NCBI GenBank assembly: GCA_040954595.2
Contig: CM082587.2
Span: 10,235,403 to 10,299,402 of the forward strand
Reading direction: 5' to 3'
Length of the DNA: 64,000 nt
Source: Balanoglossus misakiensis
Taxonomy: Eukaryota; Animalia; Hemichordata
The translations under genes were made by a program, and so were the position numbers. Every line of letters starts with the position of its first letter. The first letter of the stretch is position 1. Of the stretch, positions 48,700-59,954 are shown piece after piece. Below the pieces are notes generated by a model, which worked only from the letters and a program-made list of their open reading frames with translations, had not been told where the DNA came from and did no database searches.

Positions 48700-51420
48700 A
48701 TGGCGTCTCCGTCTCACCAAGAGAGTTTATCACCGACACCACACCTTTCTGATGTCGATACTGATGACGGGGCGATGTGCGGAGACGACGAAGAAAGCTT
48801 GATACGACATTTTTTCTTTAGAGGATTCACGTATGACGAAATCCTTCTATTTTTAAGAAAATACCATGATATTCGTATTAGTAAGCGAACATTGGATCGT
48901 CGTATAAACTCGTAAGGTTTGAAAAGACGACGAGTAGAATATGACATCGAAGCAGTGAGAGACAAAATCAAGGAAATGCTGGATGGACCAGAGTGCACCG
49001 GTGGCTATCGGACAGTATGGCACAGTCTCAAAATGGAAGGTATCAATGTTCCCAGAATTGTTGTTCAGCAGCTATTGAGGGAATTGGACCCAGAAGGCAG
49101 TTTTTTGAGAAGAGCACATCGACTCAAGAAAAGAGTATATTTGAATCCTGGACCTAATTTTGCATGGCATGTTGACGGCTATGATAAACTGAAACCATTC
49201 GGCTTTCTCATACATTGAGCCATAAATGGTTACAGTAGAAAGATATTGTGGCTTAATGTGACAAAGTCAAACAATCTCCCAGATAATATTGCAGCATATT
49301 ACCTTGAAGCAGTAAACAGATTTGATGGCTGTCCCATTGAGCTCATCACTGATCGGCTAGTTATACTTTGCGAAACAGCGAAACGACGAAACCATTATTA
49401 AAATAGGGGCCAGTCATCAAGACGGTGGCGTATGATTTTTTTAAAAGTTTCCAAATTAAAACGTAAGCGAGCCAAGAAAACTACAGGTCAGATAAATTGT
49501 TTTCTCGGAAATTCAACATTAGAATTAAATTTGGCGTTGGAAACAAACGGCGGGTCGCCAGTTCCTGGTCTGCGGCCTGGTACTATGTAGTGGTAGAGTC
49601 GACGTCGTGTGCGCGCAAACGATTCATGCCAAACTGCTACATATACACAGTGAATATACACGCGCGCACAACGAAACCACAAAAGATCGAAACCTCAAAA
49701 TGCGGCAGCAACTGTCACTATTTCCTTAAATACCACAAGGCCCCCGGGGAGGCATGAATTGCAATTAAGATAGGCCGTGTCTATTGACACGCGCGTGTCA
49801 ATAGCCAGTGCATAGGGGGCCGGCTATTGACACGCGGGGACTTTAATATTCTCAAATTATTGCCGATTTTTGAAAACCAAAGCACATTTCACATAGTCCA
49901 TTAAATGATTCGTCTTTTCTTCCCCGAAAATCAGATGAAACGAAGTGCAAAATTCCGAAAGTCAAAGCGTAATGTCATAGTTCTTCTACCCGTTCTACGT
50001 GTGTACGCCTGCCGATTCTAAGCTTATCTCCTGACCGTGACACGACTTTTATAAAGCAATGCACATTCCGTATCCTCCGTTGCGAGGTGTAAAATAAAGA
50101 AAATCCAAGTACATGTATTTCGAAGTATGTCAGACTGCACTGGGCAATACGTCATTTTCGTTGCTTCAACCAGGAAAAATCTGACTGCTAGTGCTATGGC
50201 ATGAAAATGTTAATTTCGGTAATACACGTCATTGCACTGGACCCTGCAAGGCATGCATTTGGGGACTAAGTAAGTTGTCACACCACGGTTCAAGTTGTAA
50301 CGTATTTCCCAACAAGCAATGAATTTGTTCATCATGAAAAAATCTCTCAATTCAAACGAAATATTTTACAGTATGTCCGCGCTGTTGAGGTCAGCGTCGC
50401 GGTGAGTGTGTCCCTCTGTGTGCAGCGGCCGTAGTGCATGAACAGTAAAACAATCGTAGCGATGCTCAGAAATATTTCAGAAATTTGCACTTCCTTTCAT
50501 CTACATTTTCGGCGGAAAAGATAAGTCCTCCGATGGAAAATGTGCATTGCTTCATAAAAGTCGGCAGTAAAATGGAGGGAAAATCCCCGTGTCTTTTTTG
50601 GCGCGCAACCACTAGTACCAGGCCGCAGACCAGCATCGTCGCAAACCACGGCCCTTTTACGGCAGCGCTCTGCTCCCCGCAAAAAGTGAAACGAAAGAAA
50701 TACGTAGTCTGGTGGGGCGAGAATGCAGACCAGGAACTTATTTGGAAACTTTTAAAAAAATCATACGCCACCGTCTTGATGACTGGCCCCTATTTTAATA
50801 ATGGTTTCGTCGTTTCGTTTCGCTGTTTCGTTGTTTCGCAAAGTATAACTAGCCTCACTGATCTTGGTACAGAAAATGGCACCATGGCTGCTACACAGGC
50901 ATTTTTTCGGAACGACATTGATGCACATAGATATGTAGCATCTCCACGGAATCAGAGAATTGAAGCATGGTGGTCATTTCTGAGAAAAAACCGCTCAACA
51001 TGGTGGATAAATTTCTTCAAGGATATGGAGTCACAGGGTATATTTGATTCCACTAATGATTTACATAAAGAATGCCTGTGGTTTTGTTTCGCGTGTTTAC
51101 TCCAGAATGATCTTGATCATGTTCGTGAACATTGGAACACTCATTACATTCGGCGGTCAAGACATGATACTGTTCCAGGCAGACCGGACTCCCTCTATTA
51201 TCTCCCAGAACTCCACGGAGGTGCTGACAACTTAATCCAGCCTGTTGCGCAGGATGAAATGAACTATGTATATCATGAACTCATTGATAGAGACAATGAT
51301 AATGACTATCAACAATATTTCCAATATGTTTTGCAAACATGTGCTATAAGCAAACCACTTCACTGGAGAGATGCAATACAATTGTATGATGGATTAATAC
51401 ACGTGGCAGGAGAATATTAA
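48700..51420 (+). pseudogene. IS3EU-type DDE transposase (Clr5-like N-terminus + integrase core), disrupted
   Basis: Motifs GPNFAWHVDGYDKLKPFGF, GYSRKILWL, ITD|LGTEN, SPRNQRIEAWW, WNTHYIR. In-frame stops at 48913 and 49216, and a 1.5-kb insertion. Confidence 0.88.
49355..50854. mobile_element. 1500-bp non-autonomous TIR element, 9-bp TSD (Mutator-like)
   Basis: ~100-bp TIRs starting GGCTAGTTATACTTTGCGAAAC; TSD TCACTGATC at 49346-49354 and 50855-50863. Confidence 0.9.
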
Positions 51421-51947
51421 CACACTATTTATTCATTTTGTTTAATGTGACTGTGATCTAGCCAGAATGGTATCAGATTTCAAGACAACACCCAGTAAAA
51501 GACAATCTTTATTCCTGTGTATTGCAATAAAGCAATAAACCAGGCCAGTAAATATTGGCATATTGAAATGAAATAAAGATTTGTCAATTGTCATTATTCC
51601 AAAATGCTACAAATCGCCACTGAGTTCTTTAGCTTCTGTTTTTCATATTTATGTGCCAGTTAGTTGTAGGCTAGAAGTGATATGTTTTTATAAGTGTGTG
51701 TGTCGATGTATGTATCATGAATGTATGCGCGAGTGCCTGTCTGGCTGTCTCAGTATGCATGCATGCACACATACTGTATGGCAATGTGTGTGTGTGTTTA
51801 CATACCCAGATGTAGTTATGTATTTATTTATGTATGGATGGATGGATTGCTTGGCTTTGGGTGTGAGAATGGGTGGTTTAATAGATGGCTGGAAACATTC
51901 ACCCATCTATTAAACCACCCATTCTCACACCCAAAGCCAAGCCAGCC

Positions 51948-52346
51948 ATGCATGCATGCATGCATGCATGCATGCATACATACATACATACATACATACA
52001 TACATACATACATACATACATACATACATACATACATACATACATACATACATACATACATACATACATACATACATACATACATACATACATACATACA
52101 TACATACATACATACATACATACATACATACATACATACATACATACATACATACATACATACATACATACATACATGCATACATACATACATGCATACA
52201 TCCATGCATGCATGCATGCATGCATGCATGCATGCATACATACATACATACATACATACATACATACATACATACATACATACATACATACATACATACA
52301 TACATACATACATACATACATACATACATACATACATACATACATA
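51948..52346. repeat. (CATG)n(CATA)n microsatellite
   Basis: Directly visible. Confidence 0.97.
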
Positions 52347-53334
52347 CTGGTATGTAAATACACACACATTATCATACAGTATACACAAAATATCATGACT
52401 GCTCACATCCTTGTGGTACATCCATCAGCCAGCACACACAACAGCCATACATATCTTCATGGCTGTAGGATTGAAAAAAAACACCCACAAAAATATTTAA
52501 GTCAGAACCATTTAATGCAGCGATATAAAAGCACACAATAGTTGAATACAACTTTAGTGAAACATTTCTTGTAAAACATGCACAATGTCCTAGGTAAACA
52601 CTGGTAACGCCTCCCATTGCCCAATTTTCATGCAAACTAGTAGACTGTTCACTATCTAATACACTGTAAAATGTTATTGCCTCTAGTGATCCTCCTCATT
52701 CTATAATACTCTTCATGACATACAATATAAAAAGTACACAGTGTTGTTTCAGTCTGATTATCAATACATGTACTGGTATAGTTTATACTGTTCTTTTTTG
52801 TGTCATCTTTCTCTGTCAATGGCAAAACATTGATACCCCCACTGAACAGTAAGTTGTTATGAATGTTCACATCACACACAATTGTCCAGACACTGTCCGA
52901 TGTGAAAAATGTCTGACTATTATTGTGATTACAGACCCTCAACTCCGAATGATTGTTCGCTACCACTCTGGCTTGGCCTCCAGCAGTGAGTCCAGCTATG
53001 AATGGAGGTCCTCTGATTGTGGGAGAAATTGTTGAACCCAGCTAGGGCTGGGTATAGTTAAGTGCAGTCAAGATTCCTGATCAAACAAATAAACCTCATT
53101 AAAATTGGCCACATTTGTTAACAGCACTGTGTATAGAACTACATGTATTAGCATTTAAGTCAGGCATGATAGTAACATCACTACAAAATCTACAAACAGT
53201 TGCATGCTCTAAAAATACAGTAACAATGGTAAACAGTTTTAAAGGTTAAAGACTAGAGCCAATAGCCACTGTGGCACTTGTGATGATTTCAAGTAATTAC
53301 GCAGGAAAAGTATAAGAAAAGTAAATTCCATACA

Positions 53335-53479
53335 CCCTTTTCATAAGTCTAGTGCCCAGGCCCTCATGCAGCAATTATGAATTTGAACCTCGAAGTGATT
53401 GGTCAACTTTTCCCCATTGGCCTCGCTTTGAGTTCAAATACATGATGGCTGCGTGATGGTACCAGACTTATGAAAGGGG
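53335..53479. mobile_element. Small MITE-like inverted repeat
   Basis: cccttttcataagtct ... agacttatgaaagggg. Confidence 0.5.
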
Positions 53480-53838
53480 CGCATTGTTAATGACATAGTC
53501 CCCACAATTTGTAACTGTAGTCATAAAATTTAACAAAAACAATCCATGTGTATATGTATAACACAAGCAATTTGTATGAAATCACTTCTGAGGCGTTTGA
53601 GTTCCAGATATAACAAATCCAATAAAAAATAGCTCTCCAGTGGCCATATCACCACACATTACCAGTATAACAGTAACTTCAAACTTTAAAAAAAGGAATG
53701 TCAACTCTTGAGGGAAAAACGGGGTACACAATTCTGTAAAAATAGAACAGTAAAACCTGTCTAAACTGAACCCTGTTTTGTCAGTCTGGAAACCTGTCTA
53801 TTCTGAACATATTTTCCAGTACACTGTCTGTAACAGAC

Positions 53839-55768
53839 TTATCCATAACCAAAACCCTTGGAATTGGTTATGGCAAAAGCCATAGCATGTTTAAATGCAT
53901 CATATGTTTTGTGTAATACTGGAAGGTGGAGCGCACCAGCACAAGTGTTGGCTTTGGGGAATTTAGATTGAGCTTCACTTCCATGAAGGAACATAATTCT
54001 TGGAGTTAGTCCTTCGACAAGCTCTGTACACCCAATGGTAAACATCATTATCTCGGCCAGTGTCACATTGTCTATTTCTTGATCTTGGACATCTTGCAAG
54101 AAATCTGCCCAGTATGACAGGAGAAGACTTTCAGCGTTGAACATATTGGATCCTTCCTCACTCCGTGTAACATCAGATAAAAACATATCAGTAGTTAGTG
54201 GAGCAGGCTCACAGAAGACAGGCTGGAAGCTTGTTAGGTACTGCCGCATAGCCTCAAGTACACCAAGTGAAGACAACCCATCAGTAAACTGATCAAAGGC
54301 TTCTCTATTTCTGCCATACATGTACCATTTCACTGTGGACCCAATGACTGCTGACTTGTCAATTTCAGTACGTATCAGTCTCCATGTACCAGCAATCTCA
54401 GTGATACTTTCTAAGTTATCAGTCAGCACTTGGTTGGCTTCATCAATGGGCGCATTTTGCAATGCAGTGAGGTCAGCTTTTACTGGGTTGTTCTGAGGGA
54501 GATCATCAATAGTAGGCTTGATTGAGTCACATCCATGTACAATAGCTTGGTAGAAATGGTCTGCAAAGCAGTGGGGAGCAGGACCTCCATGGACAGGAGA
54601 CATGGCAATTAGCTGACCTGCCATGCAATACTCATTTTCATCAGCGCATCTACTAACACATGATAAGTATTTCTGGTTGTGTTCACCATCAAAGAGCTCA
54701 CTATTGGTTATATAGTTCATGGTTAATGTCAAGAGCTCCCTCATAGGGCCCCCTGCATCCACAGCTCCTTCTGATGAGCCATCATCATCTGTGAATTTCA
54801 CAGAAATCTTATTTTTTGGATGGAATGACTTGCGTTTTAGGCCTCTCTTGACACCATCAAAAAGATGATTTCTGGAAATATTGAACTGTGATGTCTTGCT
54901 GTGATCAATCTGCTCGGCAAGGTTGGCCAAAATCTCTGCAAGTGGTACTGTGGTGGTTGCATCGGGAGGTACTTGTTGGATATCATCACCAGAATCTGAT
55001 ATGTACACAGTTTCATTTTCATCAGAAAATAAAGTGGCATACACATCATCAATCTCCAACCTACTTTTCTTGATTTCTGTCGGATCTTCATTGACCACTG
55101 ATGTAGTGGCCTTGGGTGTGGTCATTACACATGGATGCTTCTCACGAGTTTTGTCATCTCCAACATCATGCACTTCTTCATTTGTGACTTTTCTTTTTTG
55201 TCTCTCTTTATTGTGCTCTCTTGCATTTGAACAGCCATGATTCTCAGAAACCTCACCACCATCACTTTCTTCAGGGTTTGACAGAGTGTCATATCCCATG
55301 GATGTATCAAAGTCACGTTCGGAACAGAGGAACAGCTTTATTCTCTTGTAGTCAACTCCAAGTTCATCTTTGTATCGAGATAACATGAAAAATTCTTTCT
55401 TCTCTGATCCTGGGATGAAAAGTGCTTGCGATCCATCTTCATACACAAGTATATAGTTTTGTTGTTCATCAATGAAATTCTTCTTCAAAGACTTCCATTT
55501 TTGAAGTCCTGTCTCTAATATTGTTGCATAAGTTGCATTAGTTTTGGCCTGGATTGGAGGCGTTTTCCCCAGTGTGGCTTCAGCTGTTGCAGCTTCTCAT
55601 CGAAATACATGACACCTATTGAGATCTGGACATCATCTTCATGGCTTGTCTTTCCTACTCCTTTCCTTCTGCTCCCTTTTGGTGTGAATTTACGATATGA
55701 ATTCTTTTCCTCTTTGAATGCACTGAATGACTTTACTCGACCAAACATCTTTTCTGCATATGTTGAAA
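53839..55768 (-). pseudogene. Exon 2 of a G2E3-like HECT E3 ubiquitin ligase gene (one frameshift near 55500-55560)
   Basis: EGAVDAGGPMRE and C-terminal FPKANTC...GFG with the catalytic Cys retained. Acceptor tttttcag| at 55769; ORFs 55515..55748 and 53839..55488 are in different frames. Confidence 0.85.
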
Positions 55769-55896
55769 CTGAAAAATATGGATAATAACATAAAATTGTT
55801 ATAACCAGAGATAAACTGAGGTTTAAAGAATAGGTTCCATATATAAGTAGATAGAAAAAAGTACAGTAAGTCAGAAAGCTTCAGCATATCACTCAG

Positions 55897-56027
55897 TGAT
55901 TAAAATCAGATGTAGGGAACAGCGACGTCCTTTACTTACGTGGTACGATATTCTTATGCTGTCGCCTCACACTAGGCACCGCGTATAATTAAAAGACGTC
56001 GCCGTTCCCTACATCTGATTTTAATCA
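55897..56027. mobile_element. Palindromic MITE in the intron
   Basis: tgattaaaatcagatgtagggaac..gacgtc / gacgtc..gttccctacatctgattttaatca. Confidence 0.7.
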
Positions 56028-56242
56028 GATTGATAAATCGTGTATGAAAAACAGACACAAATGTTTCAACACGTAAGACAATTTGGAGAAGCAGCCAAAA
56101 GCCTATGCTGTGATCAATACTGTTTATTGCTTTATTGGCTTGCAGTTAAAAAGCAAATATCTAATTGAATCAAATCGTTTCGAAGCACACCCACACTCAT
56201 GCCCCCCCTGTCCCTAAAAATAATGGTATCATACAGGGGCTA

Positions 56243-56669
56243 AGGGACTGGTCAGTTTCTTCAGTCGGGGGGGGGGGCAGTGGATTATAGGGGGTCACCT
56301 TGATTTGGAAATGCTGAATGAGGGACTAAAATTGCTTTTGAGTACACAAAAATTCAGTTTCAAGCTCTGCATACTACAAGATTTTCTAACGTGGAAGGGG
56401 ACAACCATCCCACCCCCTTCACTTCTCTTGATTACTATGTCTGCCAATTATTGTAATGACTTGCATATTTTGTTTATTCATGTTATATTTTAATTATTTA
56501 AATTAATGCATAAATGCAAATTGTCACTGTTATTCATTCCCTAAGTTTTTGAAAGTTGGTATGGGAGGTGTCACCAACTTTTAAATGTTCAATGAGGGGG
56601 GGGGGGGTGGGGTTAGCCACATTTTGATATCAACAAAATAGAATCCACCCCGGCTGAAGAAATGTCCCT
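56243..56669. mobile_element. MITE of the same family as 12569-13098
   Basis: agggactggtcagtttcttcag ... gctgaagaaatgtccct. Confidence 0.65.
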
Positions 56670-56887
56670 AAAGACGTGCACTATTAAATTGACCTGATCT
56701 GCATATCACTTCGTACACGCTCTGTGTTTCTGGCGTTACACGTCTCGGACGGTCATGCGGGGCTAGGCTAGATCCGCATCAGCTGAAGCGATTCGTGAAT
56801 AATCCAGGTTTTGTAAATCTCTCAGATTACAAAATAAAGAAACACACGTAGACGGTAGAACAGGCAACTTACCGGGAGTAACTTTAC

Positions 56888-57184
56888 CGGCACTGGCATC
56901 ACCCCCTTTACCACTAGATGCAGGAGAATTGGCATATACAACCTCAAGTTGATTACCATGTACCCGGGCCCATTATTTGGTGGATAAATGACACCATTCA
57001 CACATCTGAGGCCACGAATTGTGAGGCATCCATCGATGACATTGACAGTTCGGTACCTTACACCACAGGCTCCGGAAAATTGGCACTGAACAGTGCTTAA
57101 CAATAAAGTTTCGTCTCGTTCGAGCGGCAACTCGACGGTTTGGCCGCTCTGCTTGTCCGTAACGACGATGTACTCTTCGGCCAT
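56888..57184 (-). pseudogene. Exon 1 of the HECT gene: TDP-43 N-terminal-like domain
   Basis: EYIVVTD..VELPLERDETLLLSTVQCQFSGACGVRYR..IRGLR..NGVIYPP resembles the TDP-43 NTD ([48 protein letters not shown]). After a frameshift near 56960, donor GCCG|GTAAAG is phase-compatible with exon 2. Confidence 0.75.
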
Positions 57185-58899
57185 GGCAGAGGTTTAGGAG
57201 AAAAACGTTGCTGTGGCATGGCATGGTGGGATACTTCAACTTCCGCCGCCGTTAAAAAAATATTTGTGCTTGTCGAAAAAAAAGTTTCACTGTTCCCTAA
57301 AAAGTTACAAAGTAGCACTTGAAAAAAATAATAGCGCCCCCATGAAAAAGTTTGTCAGTAGCAATAGAAAGAGCGCCCCCATAAGTTGTGTAACTAGAAA
57401 TTATATAAAAATATATTTACATCTGTAAAATACAATTTTCACCCGCGAAAAGTAATGTTACTTAAAAAAAGTTTTACAAAATTAACTATTTCTTTCTGAA
57501 AATAAAAAAATTCTATGTAGTATAGATAATATTTTATCTCAAGTGTTAGAAGTTTATTTTGGAAAAAAATCTTAAAATTTTACTCTCGGAAAAAATAAAA
57601 TTGGCTTTCGGAAATTAAACTTTTGCTCTCTAAAATAAGAGTTGTGTAAAGTAAATTTAAAGTTTTACTGTCAAAATTAAAAAGTTTACTCCACTGAAAT
57701 TGAAATTGTGTGCGTCAAAATTATAGTTGCCTTCACCAAAACTTTAGTTTACTTTTGGGAGAAGATATTGTCTATAATTTTGAAAGTTTAACTTTCAAAA
57801 TAATATTTTAGGCCTGACATGAGAGAGCCACCGTAAACCCCGTACGCCACCATGAATTTATTCTTCAAAATGAAGAAAATAAGCTACATAAATCAAACAA
57901 ATGCTGTTGTTGTTGTTGTTGTTGTTGTTGTTGAACATGTTTTAAGCTACGCGTGCGATTTATTTTTTTAATGTTCTCTGATTGGATTTTTTTACAGTTT
58001 GAGTTCAACACGTAAATATTGGGAACACTATTTCATTGGTTGTTTATTATAAAAAGGTGATTGGATTTCATGGCGTTAACACGTAGTGACTGTAGGGGCC
58101 GGGGAACGACACACTTTTTTTGTCACACGAGGAAAATTGATTTCAACACGAAAGCCGTACATTTGAGAACATTTGCTGAAGCAAACGGGCGACATTAGTG
58201 TAAATTTTGTATTTAATCGCAAGGTCATCGTGATCGTGTCGATAAGGTGCTTTAATGCACCTATCGACACGGTCGTCGTGTCGATAGTCACAACGATTTG
58301 TCTGATGTCAGTGACTTGAGTGTTGGCTGTGTATGGCTTCCGATCCCATCCTCTCCCGTAATACCTGCATGTTGTAGAGCTTTATTAGGAAAATCAAATA
58401 TGATATCTTAGTAATATTGATGATTTGAATTTTGATCTGACTAATGTGTGACTGTCGCCGTCGATCGTCGCGAGGAAAAAATTGATATCTCGCTCGCGAT
58501 CGGCTGGGTGAGCTCGAGCGCGTCTGTATAAAATGTAAACAAATGACGTCATGCATATCAATCCGCAAGAGCTGGAGGAATACGGCTCTATGCTAAGCGA
58601 TTGATCATTTCAAAACGGCAGATAAATACGTAATTTCTACATTCCAAAAATTACAGAATGTGTATTTTTATTAATTTCTTGTAGATTGTGGTTCAATAAG
58701 GCATATGATAAAACCCTTACAGCCCTGATACGGGTTTTGCGGCCCTCGGTCGTACGGCGATTCGCGCCCTCCCTGCCGTCGGGCGCTTCCGCCGTACGAC
58801 CTCGGGCCGCAAAACCCGTATCAGGGCCGTAAAGATTATTGACGTTGACGTTGCGCGTTCACGTATAACGTTCGCGTATAACGTGTAGCCGAACCTCTC

Positions 58900-59113
58900 T
58901 ATTCTTGTGAGGCTTACGGAACGGAACGGAATAGCCACACGAAATAAAAAATAGTTTCTCCAAATCCAAAAAATGTTCCACGTTTTGCTTTTATCACCAC
59001 ACGGATTTTGAACGGAATGGAAAGGAATTTCTGATCGAAAGCAGAACTTCAGTGGGCATATTATTTTTTGAAGTTTTTACTGTTTTTCCAAGATAAAACT
59101 CGTGTATTCTACT
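58900..59113 (+). repeat. Start of a third copy of the 8.3-kb unit, truncated by the 5S array
   Basis: Matches 20803-21012, then switches to 5S spacer at CTA microhomology. Confidence 0.9.
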
Positions 59114-59834
59114 AAAGCTTCGTATGGGTAAATAGTCGCAGAAACTCCAGCGGCTTTCAATTTTTGGTTTTTAAGTCCAATTTGGTGTATGATGTTAATA
59201 TACCATTGGGACCTTATGGGGTCGGTTACATCTGTATGTCATAAACGTCATTTTTTTAAAAAAAATTCATCTTTCAAGTGTTTTGCATAACATGCCAAGA
59301 CAAACCCGTTCCCTCCAATATAAGATAGGGACGGTAATTAATTGCAATAGGGGCCTAAGAAACAGAGGATGGTCTAAAAGATATCGTTGGTGGTGCTATC
59401 CCGGACAGCCAGGGTCACGATGGGGTCACGTACGTCTATGATACCGCAAACAAGTCAACTCCACGCTAAAGTCAACCTGTCCGCCGGACTGGTAACTTTT
59501 TTACTATCAGTCTGATGGAAAAACAACCAGTCTCGGACTGTCGGACAGGCGCTATTTCGAATATTGTGTCTTGCATAACATACCAATATAGGCCTTAGAT
59601 AGGGACGGTCGATCGGCCACACAAATTATCAGGTCATTATTTCTCCACTATAATATGGTCACTTTTTGTAGGATATAACATGACAAAACCGCTCTCTCCC
59701 ATATAAATTATAAGATAGGGTCGGTCAATCAGCTGGCCACGCACACAATTATCGTGCCGCGTGCTCTGTGTGTACGCCTATGTGTTAGTGAAGCTTCCGT
59801 TTGCTTAATAATCGTAGAAATTCAAGCAGTGTTT

Positions 59835-59954
59835 GCCTACGGCCATACCACGTCGAATACACCGGTTCTCTTCCGATCACCGAAGTTAAGCTGCGTTGGG
59901 CGTGGTTAGTCCTTGGATGGGTGACCGCCTGGGAATACCACGTGCCGTAGGCTT
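59835..59954 (+). rRNA. 5S rRNA gene (full length, variant)
   Basis: GCCTACGGCCATACCACG...CTGGGAATACCACGTGCCGTAGGCTT, 120 nt, followed by a T5 Pol III terminator. Confidence 0.93.

Larger units (their letters stand above)
48144..57835. mobile_element. IS3EU-like DNA transposon, left end truncated
   Basis: 400-bp inverted repeats at 48144-48543 and 57330-57729. The right arm continues to ...GAGAGCCACCGTA (TAC-type terminus). Two convergent genes lie inside. Confidence 0.75.
45759..58295. mobile_element. 12.5-kb composite element with 9-bp TSD (Mutator-like, non-autonomous)
   Basis: TSD ATTTGTCTG at 45750-45758 and 58296-58304, single in copy 1 (~28554). Imperfect TIRs; palindromic subterminal repeats tatcgacacgatggtcgtgtcgataag at both ends. 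Confidence 0.8.
29145..58899 (+). repeat. Segmental duplication copy 2, expanded by three insertions
   Basis: Matches copy 1 at 29145-30608, 30853-34012, 42811-45758 and 58296-58899. Confidence 0.95.

Noticed and set aside
51721-52541. HTYI/MYVC-repeat ORFs (also 36789-37322)
   Set aside because: Translations of tetranucleotide microsatellites.
56822-57184. Host TARDBP/TDP-43 gene
   Set aside because: Only the N-terminal domain is similar, no RRM exons are visible, and it lies inside transposon inverted repeats.
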